Shown here in pieces: positions 38,626-48,861 of a DNA stretch of 64,000 bases. Position 1 is the first letter of the stretch, and every line of letters begins with the position of its first letter. The DNA is from Candidatus Latescibacterota bacterium (lineage in GTDB: Bacteria > Latescibacterota > UBA2968 > GCA-2709665): positions 3,072,001 through 3,136,000 of the forward strand of contig OZ242180.1 of assembly GCA_965205485.1 (NCBI GenBank). Reading direction: 5' to 3'. The notes under the pieces were generated by a model. The model searched no databases. It was given only the letters and a program-made list of their open reading frames with translations, and was not told the origin of the DNA. A program made the translations under genes and the position numbers.

Positions 38626-40902
38626 ATGAGACGACATCGAAGGCCGCTTGCGGTATGCGCATTGATTGCGCTTGCCGGTGCTGTGCAGGTGCAGGCCAAA
38701 GATAATGAAGCCCTTGCCCGTGCCGAGGCGCTTTACAACCAGGCGGTTGCGCAGGTGGCGGCCGGGGCACTTGGTCAGGCGGTTGGGCTGTTTCAGTCCG
38801 CCATCGACGCTTACGACAAACACGCGCCTTCCTACGTGGGCCTCGGGTACATCCATCTCGAACGGGGCGACCTGGATGCCGCGGAGGAAATATTCCGGCA
38901 GGCGCTTCGTAAGAAAAAACGGTTTGCGCCTGCCTTCAACGGGCTGGGCCTCGTCTACGGGCGCCGGCCAAAAGCGCTTCGACAGGCGATTGATGCGTTC
39001 CGGAACGCGCTGCGGGCGGATAAAGCCTATGTTGAAGCGCAGTACAATCTGGCAGAGACGTACCGGCGGTTCGGCAGCAGCGAAACGCTCAAGGCTTACC
39101 GCAAGGTGGTCAAAATGGAGTCCGGCCACCCGGACGCGCTTTTCCAGATCGGCGTAATTGAAGAAGCGAAGGGCGAGTACGGGAAGGCCGAAAAGGCCTA
39201 TATAAGTCAGGTTGCGGTGAATCCACTCCACTACGAGGCCCGACTACGGTATGGAATTGTCCTGAAACTGCAGGACCGCACCGATCAGGCGATAGCCGAA
39301 CTGAGACCGGTCGTCCAGAACCCGAACCGGCACCAGCGACGTGCGGTGCTGGAACTTGCGGATATCCACCAGAGGCGCCGGGACTTCGATCGGTCGCAGG
39401 CGCTATTCGAAGCGTATATCAATCGTCTGGAACCCGAGGAACAGCGGCTCTTCTACGACTTGAGCCTTGTATCCAATACTGCGGACGACTCCGGGGGCAG
39501 ATCGCTGGAGGAGCTGAAGGCTGCGGCTGTGGAATTCTGGGTCTGGCAGGACCCGGCGCCGGCATCCGCGGCAAATGAGCGGCTGGTCGAGCACTACCGC
39601 CGCGTAGCCTTGGCACGGGAGAATCATGGAAAGCACAAGTTCCCCTGGGACGATCGTGGGGAAGTTTACGTGCGTTTCGGGGAACCGGATCACGTCAGCC
39701 GGTCTGGAGACGTCCGGTTCGAGACGGACCCCCGGGTGCTGGACGTGAAGGATCGGCTGATTGTGTCGGCAGGGGCGGCGGCCGCAAAGCTGATGAAAGA
39801 CGAAGTCCGATCTCTTGGGGATGTGGCCAAGTCGTCCATTCTGGGTCGGCCGGTGTATCCCGTTGGCGGAATATGGGAGTACTGGATTTACGTGAACGTA
39901 GGATCGGGAATCGAAATGACCTTCGTGCAGCCGAATTTTCCCGGACCGTACGAGTTCGCGAGAATGCCTCTGGGCACCGGTCGGATTACGAGAATCTGGC
40001 AGAGAATGAACCCCAAGACCGTGCTGCTCAATCAGGTAGTCCGGCAGCCGGCCGCCTATCGGCCCACGTTTGCTACCGGACCGCTGGATTTCTACTTCTA
40101 TACGGCTTCGTTTCGGGGTGAGGATGACAAGACGGCGCTGGAGGTCTATTACGGGATTCCAACCCGGGATCTGGCGTATCGCGACGGCGACCTCGGTCGG
40201 CTCGCGAACCTTGTCAGGGGCGTCGCGGTCTACGACGGCGAAAACAAGCTTATTCATCGATCCGACCACGAGATGATCCTGCGGGCTTCCGGGGCGGTAG
40301 ATACCTCTGCCGGGGCATTTATCCCGGAGATAGATCGCATGCTGTTGCCACCGGGCGCCTACCGTGTGGACGTGCAGGTGATGGACCGCAATTCCGGCAG
40401 GACTCAGATATACAGGGAAGACCGCATTCTGAAGGCGTATCCGGCAGCGCCGCTTTCATTGAGCGACGTAGAAATGGGCGCGCGAATCGACGTAGCCGAT
40501 CGGGGACGCTTCGTAAAGGGCGATATCGAAGTGATCCCGATGGCGTCCAGGGCGTACCGGCCTGGCGAACCGGTGTTCATCTATTACGAGATTTACAACC
40601 TCGCTCGAGACGAATTCGGGGCGACGCGGTATCGCATATCATACCGGATTCGGTCCTTGCGCAGGACAAACGTGGGCGCGCGGATATTGGGCGGCCTGGG
40701 GCGGTTCATCGGAAAACGCGAGGACGGCAACGTCATCAGCATCGAATACGATCATGTCGGCACCCGTCCGGATGAACGGGCGCACCTCGAGCTGGACATG
40801 GGAGCCACCGTACCGGGACGGCAACTGTTGACAATTCTGGTGACCGACGAAAACGGCGGCCAGACGGGCCGCGCGGCCATCAGTTTCGATATACGACAAT
40901 AG
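38626..40902 (+). CDS. TPR + GWxTD-like domain exported protein
   Basis: Signal peptide, TPR repeats, FW..QDP...NERLVEHYRRV...WDDRGEVYVRFGEPD. Confidence 0.82.
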   Translation: MRRHRRPLAVCALIALAGAVQVQAKDNEALARAEALYNQAVAQVAAGALGQAVGLFQSAIDAYDKHAPSYVGLGYIHLERGDLDAAEEIFRQALRKKKRFAPAFNGLGLVYGRRPKALRQAIDAFRNALRADKAYVEAQYNLAETYRRFGSSETLKAYRKVVKMESGHPDALFQIGVIEEAKGEYGKAEKAYISQVAVNPLHYEARLRYGIVLKLQDRTDQAIAELRPVVQNPNRHQRRAVLELADIHQRRRDFDRSQALFEAYINRLEPEEQRLFYDLSLVSNTADDSGGRSLEELKAAAVEFWVWQDPAPASAANERLVEHYRRVALARENHGKHKFPWDDRGEVYVRFGEPDHVSRSGDVRFETDPRVLDVKDRLIVSAGAAAAKLMKDEVRSLGDVAKSSILGRPVYPVGGIWEYWIYVNVGSGIEMTFVQPNFPGPYEFARMPLGTGRITRIWQRMNPKTVLLNQVVRQPAAYRPTFATGPLDFYFYTASFRGEDDKTALEVYYGIPTRDLAYRDGDLGRLANLVRGVAVYDGENKLIHRSDHEMILRASGAVDTSAGAFIPEIDRMLLPPGAYRVDVQVMDRNSGRTQIYREDRILKAYPAAPLSLSDVEMGARIDVADRGRFVKGDIEVIPMASRAYRPGEPVFIYYEIYNLARDEFGATRYRISYRIRSLRRTNVGARILGGLGRFIGKREDGNVISIEYDHVGTRPDERAHLELDMGATVPGRQLLTILVTDENGGQTGRAAISFDIRQ

Positions 40903-40963
40903 CTTCCGGCCCGGTGCGAATGCCGCGGCCCCGGAACAGACCGGCTCGCGGACTTGAGGAGCA

Positions 40964-42313
40964 ATGGACATGAAGGAGTTCACGGTTGCCAGGATGCGCG
41001 CTGACGCGGCGTCGATCTTCGAATCGGCAGTGGCTGCCGTGGACGCGCAGGCGTGCCTGAAGCGTTTCGTGAAACTGGATGGACGGACGCTTCGGATCGG
41101 AGGCGTGGACTACAACCTGGATTCATTCGAGAGGGTGCTCGTCGTTGGCACCGGAAAGGCTTCTCCGCGGATGGGTGTCGCGCTGGAGGCGGAGCTGGGC
41201 GACCGTATTTCAGACGGGATCATCAATACCAAGTACGGGCACGCGGAACCCCTGGACCGGGTACGCATCGTTGAGTGCGGCCATCCGGTTCCAGATGAGG
41301 CGGGTGTCGAGGGTACGGGGGAAATCCTCGCCGCCCTCGACGGGGCTGACGACCGAACGCTCGTGATCTGCCTGATTTCGGGCGGGGGGTCGGCGCTGAT
41401 GCCGGCGCCGGCCGAGGGAATATCGCTGCAGGAGAAACAGGACACGACCCGGCTGCTTCTCGAATGCGGCGCCAATATCGTGGAGTTGAATGCGGTCCGG
41501 AAACATCTTTCCCGCGTCAAGGGCGGGGGTCTCGCCCGTGCGGCGTTTCCGGCCACGGTCGTGTCTCTCATGTTGTCGGACGTCATCGGCGATCCGATGG
41601 ACGTGATCGCGTCGGGTCCAACGGTGCCCGACACGTCCACGTTCAGAACCTGCGCGGAGATATTTCAAAAATACGAGGTATCGAATCGCCTCCCGGAAGC
41701 GGTTCGGGCGCGATTCGAAGCAGGTTCGGCCGGAGAGATTCCGGAAACGCCGAAACCTGGAGACGCCGTGCTGGACAGATGTCACAACGTCATCGTCGGC
41801 AGCAACGGCCTGGCGGTGGCCGCTGCGGCGGACCGGGCCCGGGGACTGGGTTACAATACGCTGGTGTTGTCCACGCGCCTGGAGGGCGAGGCCCGAGAGG
41901 TGGCACACGTCTATTCGGCAATCGGTAAGGAGATTCTCACGTCGCGTGTGCCTGTAGCGGCTCCTGCATGCGTGATTGCGGGCGGCGAGACGACCGTTAC
42001 CGTTCGGGGCAGCGGCAAGGGAGGGCGAAATCAGGAACTGGTGCTCGCGGGCTCGATGCATCTGTCCGGATGGGAGGGGACGGTGCTGTTCAGCGGCGGG
42101 ACGGATGGAACCGACGGCCCGACGGACGCGGCCGGGGCGATTGCGGATGCCGAAACGATCAAGCGCGCGGAATCAGCGGGGCTTTCTGCGATCGAATCCT
42201 TGAAGAACAACGACGCGTACCACTTCTTCAAGCCGCTGGGCGACCTGGTGATGACCGGTCCCACGGGAACCAACGTCGCCGACGTGGCGTTCGTCATGGT
42301 CGGCGCGGCGTAG
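40964..42313 (+). CDS. Glycerate 2-kinase (MOFRL family)
   Basis: GHPVPD, LISGGGSAL, SDVIGD, GGETTV, GGRNQE, GPTGTNVAD. Confidence 0.93.
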   Translation: MDMKEFTVARMRADAASIFESAVAAVDAQACLKRFVKLDGRTLRIGGVDYNLDSFERVLVVGTGKASPRMGVALEAELGDRISDGIINTKYGHAEPLDRVRIVECGHPVPDEAGVEGTGEILAALDGADDRTLVICLISGGGSALMPAPAEGISLQEKQDTTRLLLECGANIVELNAVRKHLSRVKGGGLARAAFPATVVSLMLSDVIGDPMDVIASGPTVPDTSTFRTCAEIFQKYEVSNRLPEAVRARFEAGSAGEIPETPKPGDAVLDRCHNVIVGSNGLAVAAAADRARGLGYNTLVLSTRLEGEAREVAHVYSAIGKEILTSRVPVAAPACVIAGGETTVTVRGSGKGGRNQELVLAGSMHLSGWEGTVLFSGGTDGTDGPTDAAGAIADAETIKRAESAGLSAIESLKNNDAYHFFKPLGDLVMTGPTGTNVADVAFVMVGAA

Positions 42314-42390
42314 GCGGTTGAAACGCCACCAGGCAGGGGGCGGGAATGCGAAACGCGTATGCTCAGCCTCTTTTCGGGGCCCGAATGGCT

Positions 42391-43278
42391 TCAGGTCTCG
42401 GTATTGACAATGGCGACGCCGATCCCGACCAGCAGGACGCTGATGAGAAGCGTCGCCGAGATGACCTCGCCCAGCAGCAGGTCGCTGAACACGACGCCCA
42501 CGACGGGCGTAACGAAACCGAACGCCCCGAGGCGACTGGCTCTGTAGCGTCTCAGGAGCGTTACGGATACCAGAAAACAGAACCCGGCAACCACGAGACC
42601 CTGGTAGAAGATCGCACCGACGACGCCCGGATTGATAACGGTGGTATTCAGGTCCTCCAGCAGGGCGCTCAGCAGAATGAACATCGGCAGGCTGAGCGCG
42701 GCCTGCCATAACAGAAGACGGGCGGGATGGATGTATTGGGTCAGCTTCTTGGTATAGACCTGCCGGGCTCCAAGCAGCAGACCGCTCATCAGAACCATCA
42801 CGTCTCCCGGCAGATAGCCCTGGCGTCCACCGGTCAGACTGTCGACAAACACGAGTACGACACCCGCAAAAGACAGGGTCATTCCAGCGATCTTGAGGCC
42901 GCTCAGACGGTCTCCGGGCATGAACAGGTGGGCGAAGACGGCTGTAAAAAACGGATACGTGGAAATAAAGACGGTCGACCGGCCGGCCGTCGTGATATTC
43001 GTGCCGGCGTTGAGCAGATAGATTTGCGCGACAAAAAGCAGGACCAGCTGAAACAGACCACGTCTTTCGCCGGGTCCGGGCCGGAGCGGGACGCCGGAGA
43101 AGAACGTCCACGGGATTACAGCCAGCCCGCCCAGCAGAAAACGGGCGGCCGCCAGCGCAAGCGGAGGCAGGCCGTCCAGAGCGATCTTAATGGCGATGGA
43201 GTTGCCGCCCCACAGGATGGCGGTAAGCAGGGCGAGGCTGCCGGCCTGAAGGGTCAGGCGTTCGTTGAGCACGTTCAC
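42391..43278 (-). CDS. DMT/EamA family transporter
   Basis: About 10 TM segments, ILWGGNSIAIK, AARF; GTGA overlap with the upstream gene. Confidence 0.88.
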   Translation of the reverse strand: MNVLNERLTLQAGSLALLTAILWGGNSIAIKIALDGLPPLALAAARFLLGGLAVIPWTFFSGVPLRPGPGERRGLFQLVLLFVAQIYLLNAGTNITTAGRSTVFISTYPFFTAVFAHLFMPGDRLSGLKIAGMTLSFAGVVLVFVDSLTGGRQGYLPGDVMVLMSGLLLGARQVYTKKLTQYIHPARLLLWQAALSLPMFILLSALLEDLNTTVINPGVVGAIFYQGLVVAGFCFLVSVTLLRRYRASRLGAFGFVTPVVGVVFSDLLLGEVISATLLISVLLVGIGVAIVNTET

Positions 43279-43898
43279 GGCGCCGGCGTCCGATCGGCGG
43301 GGAAGCACCGGCGCACGAAGACGTATCCAACGCCCAGCGGCACAAGAAACCACGCCGGTTGCAGCGTGCCCGTTACTATGCCTGCCTGTCCGATCACCCC
43401 ACACAGGATCAGGACGTTGCAGGCGTGAGCCGGCGCGGGTGGAGCGCTGGAGACGCCTATCTTATCGAGGAGACGATCGAACCGCGGGGGACGGACGCTC
43501 TTGAGGTGGTTTCCCGCAAGGATGGCGGCGAGTGAGAGCAGGCCGGGAAAGAGGTTCGCGCCGCGGTCAATCCAACCGAGGCCGATGCCCAGCAACAGGA
43601 GATGGCTGTATCCGAACAGGAGGACCGCGCCGTTTCGGAATGGATCGTAGAGGCCGATATCCTTCAATTGGCGCACGCGGTTCCTGTCAACATACGGGAT
43701 CAGACGAAAGAAGATATATACGAGGGTCATTGCGCCGGGATGCAGAAAAACGCCCATGCGTTTATTCAGCTCGGCGTCGATCCGTCCGAACGCGTTCCAG
43801 TGTACGGGTATCCGTTCCGGAAGATGGTCGTAGGCCAGATAGCTCGCCAGAAGGGCGAGCAGGATGCCGGCAATGGGATCCCGGTGAAGGATGCTCAT
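43275..43898 (-). CDS. DUF1648 / SdpI-like membrane protein
   Basis: LPERIPVHWNAFGRID motif plus several TM segments. Confidence 0.8.
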   Translation of the reverse strand: MSILHRDPIAGILLALLASYLAYDHLPERIPVHWNAFGRIDAELNKRMGVFLHPGAMTLVYIFFRLIPYVDRNRVRQLKDIGLYDPFRNGAVLLFGYSHLLLLGIGLGWIDRGANLFPGLLSLAAILAGNHLKSVRPPRFDRLLDKIGVSSAPPAPAHACNVLILCGVIGQAGIVTGTLQPAWFLVPLGVGYVFVRRCFPADRTPAP

Positions 43899-44190
43899 GC
43901 AGGGAGAACCGTGGATCGGGGGCGTGGTCGTCGCGGGCCGGTAATTCCGCTCGGAAGTCGCATTGGCGGCCCGGACCTTATCGTCGATGCGAGATTGAAG
44001 CGTCGGCGCGCAGCGCGGCTTGTGTACCTGAAAAACGCTGCCCGCCGCAACGTGCCGGGCGGATCGAAGACCTCGGCATAATAAAGGGATTCCAGCAACA
44101 TGTCAAGGTATTCGAGGGCGAACGGAACGGGAGCGATTCGTCGTGGTCGGGAAGAAGCTTCGAAATTACTCTTCAAATGGAGGCGGTCGG

Positions 44191-45822
44191 TTGAAACGGA
44201 CGATTGCTGTAGCGTTTTGCCTGGTTCTCTGGTGTGAGGACGCAACTTCCAGGGACTTCCTGGCGGAGATCGGCGCGCATGGTGCTCACGGACGAGCCGA
44301 TTCCGCGCTGGTAACGGCTCAACTTTTCGCAAAGACATTTCCTGACAGTGCGAACGCTCACGGCGTCCTCGGCATGGTGTACGCGCAATTGGGACAGCCG
44401 GAAGGCGCAATCGATGCCTTTGAGACGGCGATCGAGCGAGGGCCGAGTCTTGAAGCACCGTACGACGCGCTGTTCAGGATTCATGCGCAACTCAACAGGG
44501 GTCGCGAGGCGCTGGACGTATTGAACCGGGGAATCGCGCAGATTCCGAATTCCGTGCTTCTGCTGATGGACAGGGCGATACTCTATCAGGAGGCCGGTAA
44601 TCCCGGGCTGGCGATTCAGGACCTCAGGGCCGCGATTTCGCTGGATCCCGGAAAGATAGAAGCCTACCAATCCCTGGCAGGATTGCACGTCGCGCTGAAG
44701 GACCCCGATAAAGCGCTTTCGGCTTTCGAAGAGGGACTGAAGAACAACCCTGAAAGCGTGGTTCTGATGATCAATCAGGGCCAGATCTACGGGGCGTTGG
44801 GGAAACCTCAGGATGCGCATCAGCTGTACGAACGGGCGATATTGGTACTTGAAAAGGAACTCGAGAAGAATCCGAACGATGTTTCCCTGCTGGTGAACAA
44901 GGGCGCCATCTACCATTCGATGCGCCGGACAGGGGAAGCCTTCGCCGCATACCGGCAGGCCGCACTGTTAGCGCCGGACGATCCCGAGGTGCACCGATCC
45001 ATGGGCCAGATGGCGGCTGAGGTGGACTCGCTGGAGGTTGCGCGGAGGGCGTGGGAGAAGGTGTCCCGGTTGGAGCCGAGGGATCTGGATACCCGTTCGG
45101 CACTTGCACGCCTTTATACGGTTCAGCAGAAATGGGACCTCGCGCTGGACGAGTATAGATTGCTCATGGAGATTGCGCCAGAGTCGCAACGCGCGCGCCT
45201 CGAGTACGGTGTCGCGCAGGTCTATCTGCAGAAGGGAGACGTCGCGCAGGCAAAGTCGGCGCTGGAAGCGGCGATCAGTTCAAACCCGAACGTTCTGGAG
45301 CCCTACGGCGATCTTGCCCTGATCTACGCGGGGCAGCAAGACCTGGACTCGGCCCTCGTGGTCTACAACAGAGCTCTGGCGGTGGATTCCACCAACGCCG
45401 GCGTACTCTTCAATATCGGCCTTGCCCGAACCTCGAGGCGGGAGTTCGATCTGGCCAGGCGTGCCTTCGAAAGAGCCGTCGCATACAGCCCGAACGAAGA
45501 AATCGCGGGCGCGGCACAGATGAAAATCGATGAAATCGACGGGATACAGTCCGGAAAGCTCTGGGTGTACCATATTCTCGTGGCAACCGAAGTGGAGGCG
45601 CAGGAAATCCTGAATAAACTCAGGGCGGGCGAGGATTTCCGGGTACTTGCGCGCCAGCATTCCAGCGATTCCTCTGCGGAGACCGGTGGCGATCTGGGAT
45701 TTTTTTCACCGGGCGATCTGAATCCGGCGTTCGAGGAGGCGGTGCTGAAGTTGCGGGTGGGTGAGACCAGCGGGGTCGTTCAGACACCCCTGGGATATCA
45801 CATTATCAGGCGGCTGAACTGA
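44191..45822 (+). CDS. TPR protein with C-terminal parvulin-type PPIase
   Basis: TTG start with GGAGG; many TPRs; HILV...GEDF..LARQHS.D...GGDLGFF...GYHII. Confidence 0.88.
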   Translation: MKRTIAVAFCLVLWCEDATSRDFLAEIGAHGAHGRADSALVTAQLFAKTFPDSANAHGVLGMVYAQLGQPEGAIDAFETAIERGPSLEAPYDALFRIHAQLNRGREALDVLNRGIAQIPNSVLLLMDRAILYQEAGNPGLAIQDLRAAISLDPGKIEAYQSLAGLHVALKDPDKALSAFEEGLKNNPESVVLMINQGQIYGALGKPQDAHQLYERAILVLEKELEKNPNDVSLLVNKGAIYHSMRRTGEAFAAYRQAALLAPDDPEVHRSMGQMAAEVDSLEVARRAWEKVSRLEPRDLDTRSALARLYTVQQKWDLALDEYRLLMEIAPESQRARLEYGVAQVYLQKGDVAQAKSALEAAISSNPNVLEPYGDLALIYAGQQDLDSALVVYNRALAVDSTNAGVLFNIGLARTSRREFDLARRAFERAVAYSPNEEIAGAAQMKIDEIDGIQSGKLWVYHILVATEVEAQEILNKLRAGEDFRVLARQHSSDSSAETGGDLGFFSPGDLNPAFEEAVLKLRVGETSGVVQTPLGYHIIRRLN

Positions 45823-47078
45823 TGACCGGACGTTTTGCCGGAATGGGCGACGAGGCCTGTGTATCGTCGCCCGTTCTGTACCCGGGGAAGCAAGCCAGAA
45901 AGATCAAGGTGCTTTTTCTGACGGGCTGTACGGGGCGCGGAGGGGCCGGGAACAGTCTTTTTTACCTGCTGAAACATCTCGATCCTGCCGTACTCGAGCC
46001 ACTCGTCGTCATGCCCAACGAAGGCGTGCTGAAACGCAGGCTCGAGGAGATACGCGTCCCATACCGTATCGAACCCAGGTTGAAGGAGCGTCTGGCGGAG
46101 ATGCGGTTCCGGGGCCGCAACCGCCTCTGCAGAATGGCGTCGGTGGTTCTGAACGCGATCGACGGCATTCGGTTTACGATCCATCTGGTTCGTGTGGTCG
46201 CCCGGGAGAATGTAGGACTGATTTATTGCAACCAGATGATGGTGAAGTTGATGGGCACGGTGGCCGGTATGGTGTGCGGCACTCCGGTCATCTGGCACTG
46301 CCGCACCCTTTACGGAAAGACCTTCAGAGGATGGTTTTTCGACAGGCTCGCTCGGTCTGCGAGTGTGGCGAGAATTGTCGCCGTATCCGAGGCGTGCGCA
46401 GGGAATTTCCCGTCGGCAAGGGAAAAGGTCCGCGTTGTGTACAACGGCGCGGACCTGGACAGTTTCAATCCGGATTCCGTTCAGGGGTGTGTGCGCAGGA
46501 TGTACCGAATCGGACCGGACGAAATGGTTTTGGGATTCGTCGGGCGAATCGTGGAGTGGAAGGGTATCGACACCCTGTTGTCGGCGATGAAACGTGTGCT
46601 GGCGAAACGCAAGGACGTGGTTCTGGTGGTTGTTGGCGGGAGCCCGAATCGGTCGTTGAATCTCCTGGACCGCTATCGCCGCGAGGCGGCCAACGGACGT
46701 TATTCGGGACGGGTCCTGTTTACGGGATTCCGGACCGATGTCCGACCGTATTTGAAGGATATGGACCTCACGCTTGTACCATCCGTAGCGCCCGACCCCT
46801 GTCCCAGAAGCGTTATCGAATCACTGGCGCTTGGAACTCCGGTGGTCGGGTCTGCAACTGGCGGTGTCCCGGAGCTGATCAGGGATGGTTACAACGGATT
46901 CCTGGTGAAGCCCAACGACGCGTCCGGTCTTGCGGATACCATCCTCAGGGTGATCGAGAACAGGGAGTTGCGAAGGCGAATGGGTTCGGCCGCGCGCGTT
47001 TCGGCGGTTCAACGGCACGATGCTGTCGAAGTCGCACGCCGTGTGCAGACCATTATATTCGAAGCATTGCGGGACTAA
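45822..47078 (+). CDS. Glycosyltransferase family 4
   Basis: VVYNG, FVGRIVEWKG, DPCPRSVIESLALGTPVV...GGVPE. Confidence 0.9.
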   Translation: MTGRFAGMGDEACVSSPVLYPGKQARKIKVLFLTGCTGRGGAGNSLFYLLKHLDPAVLEPLVVMPNEGVLKRRLEEIRVPYRIEPRLKERLAEMRFRGRNRLCRMASVVLNAIDGIRFTIHLVRVVARENVGLIYCNQMMVKLMGTVAGMVCGTPVIWHCRTLYGKTFRGWFFDRLARSASVARIVAVSEACAGNFPSAREKVRVVYNGADLDSFNPDSVQGCVRRMYRIGPDEMVLGFVGRIVEWKGIDTLLSAMKRVLAKRKDVVLVVVGGSPNRSLNLLDRYRREAANGRYSGRVLFTGFRTDVRPYLKDMDLTLVPSVAPDPCPRSVIESLALGTPVVGSATGGVPELIRDGYNGFLVKPNDASGLADTILRVIENRELRRRMGSAARVSAVQRHDAVEVARRVQTIIFEALRD

Positions 47079-47222
47079 CGGCGTTTTGTATGTTCACTGT
47101 GTGATGGCACGACTTTCGCTTTTGTTATACTGGTTCGGCAAAGAAAGAATATGATCCGAAACAAGATCGCATTGATATATCCAAAGGTTGTTCTGCTTTT
47201 TCATTGTAGATCCAGGCGCCGT

Positions 47223-48632
47223 ATGTCCGGGAGGCTGACGGAGAAGGCGTTGCGATTTTTCCACACATGTGGTAAAACTTCACACCTTGCAAGATTTCCC
47301 GTTTCCATAGTCCTGGTCTGTGTTGTCGGGATCGGTATCCGTCCGTGTCATTCCGAATCCGGAAAGCGCCCGTACGATCTTGCCGCGTGCATACGGATGG
47401 CGTTCGCGTCGAGTCCATCCATTCAGGCGGCGGAAGCGGACCTGCAGATCGCTGAGAACAGGCTCATGCTGGTGCATGCCGCGCGATTTCCCAGTATGGA
47501 TTTCACATGGATATTCGGGCCTTCGCCTGAGGCTCGCGGCGACGCGCTTACGGGGGTGAGCAACTGGCGGCGGATGAGTGTGTTTACGAGAACCGAACTG
47601 TCGCTGGTTCAGCCACTCTTCACCTTCGGAAAACTCAAAGCGGCGATAGAAGCGGCATCCGGCGGGATCGGCGCGCAACGCGCGGGACTGACCGGATCCC
47701 GATTCGACCTGGAACAGCAGGTCGCCAGGGCCTACTATCTTCTGCTTCTGGCGAATCAGCTTCGGGAGCTGGCGCATGAGTCCCGGGGGGAAATCGAACG
47801 GGCGAGGCGAACGATCGTCGAAAAGCTGGAAGCCGATACGGGAGATTTTACGTATACGGATCTTCATCGAATCGACAGGTTCGTTTACGACGTGGAGGAA
47901 AACGCAAACAAGGTTGTCAAGAGTCAGGGGCTCGCACGTTCGGCGCTCCGAATGCTCACCGGACTTTCCGATTCCGATTCCGATTCCCTTGTTCTCGCAG
48001 ACGGGAGTCTGAATCCGGTTGACGTTCAGATCCGACCACTTGAATATTATCTGTCGCTTGTCGAGGGACGACCGGATCTGGGTCAGCTTCGTGAAGGGCT
48101 GCGGGTGCGGTCAGCACAGGTGCGCGCCGTCCGAACCGACCTGTTTCCGCAGGTCTTTCTCGCCGGCCGGTTCAAATACGGCTTTGCGCCGAACAGGGAC
48201 CGCCAGCGAAACCCGTTTCTGAAGGACGAGTTCAACGTGACCGAGTTGGGCGCTGTGCTTGGCTTTCGGCAGTCGTTGTCATTCGCGAGTACGAGCGCGA
48301 AGGTGAAGGAAGCCCGTCTGGCCTATGAGAAACTCGGCTATCAGGCTCGGCTGGCGACACAGGGCGCCCGGCTGGAGATCGAAGGCGCCTACCGTTCGCT
48401 CATTGAAGCGCGGGCCAATATCGCGTCGGCCCGGAAAGCCCGCCGGGCAACCAGGCGGTGGTTTGTATCGGCGAGAGACGGTTTCAATGCGGGTCTGGAG
48501 GAGGCGGGAGAGATGGTCGATGCGGTCAAGGAGTACGGCATTATTCGCGCCAAGTACTATCAGGCTGTATTGGAGTTTAATCTGGCCTGGATAGCATTGC
48601 AGCGCGCGACGGGAAATTCGATTCTGGAGTAA
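47223..48632 (+). CDS. TolC family outer membrane protein (start uncertain)
   Basis: SPSIQAA, QPLFTFGK, VARAYY, LFPQVFL, LQRATG. Confidence 0.85.
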   Translation: MSGRLTEKALRFFHTCGKTSHLARFPVSIVLVCVVGIGIRPCHSESGKRPYDLAACIRMAFASSPSIQAAEADLQIAENRLMLVHAARFPSMDFTWIFGPSPEARGDALTGVSNWRRMSVFTRTELSLVQPLFTFGKLKAAIEAASGGIGAQRAGLTGSRFDLEQQVARAYYLLLLANQLRELAHESRGEIERARRTIVEKLEADTGDFTYTDLHRIDRFVYDVEENANKVVKSQGLARSALRMLTGLSDSDSDSLVLADGSLNPVDVQIRPLEYYLSLVEGRPDLGQLREGLRVRSAQVRAVRTDLFPQVFLAGRFKYGFAPNRDRQRNPFLKDEFNVTELGAVLGFRQSLSFASTSAKVKEARLAYEKLGYQARLATQGARLEIEGAYRSLIEARANIASARKARRATRRWFVSARDGFNAGLEEAGEMVDAVKEYGIIRAKYYQAVLEFNLAWIALQRATGNSILE

Positions 48633-48844
48633 GAAGCTGTTTTAAAATTACCGGTGAGTTCCCGAGCGCGAGCGAAAAAGTGGCGGTTATGAGGCGCGAG
48701 GGGCGCGCAGCGCCGACGGGAGAATCCGCCCATATCCAATGTATCGTGGCTGCGCGCCCCTCGCCACTCTTGGGTGGATTTGACCAACGCCGACCGGCGC
48801 TTTTGCAGCCGCGCGAAGACCGCTGGGAATTTTAAGACAGCTTC
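48633..48844. mobile_element. MITE family 2 (212 bp)
   Basis: TIRs GAAGCTGTTTTAAAATT / AATTTTAAGACAGCTTC flanked by a TAA duplication; the left TAA is the tolC stop codon. Confidence 0.75.
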
Positions 48845-48861
48845 TAAGCCGGGAGGGTGTC

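Noticed and set aside
43895..44101. 68-aa ORF overlapping the DUF1648 start (ATGA)
   Set aside because: Arg/Pro-rich low-complexity sequence with a weak RBS; more likely promoter or UTR.
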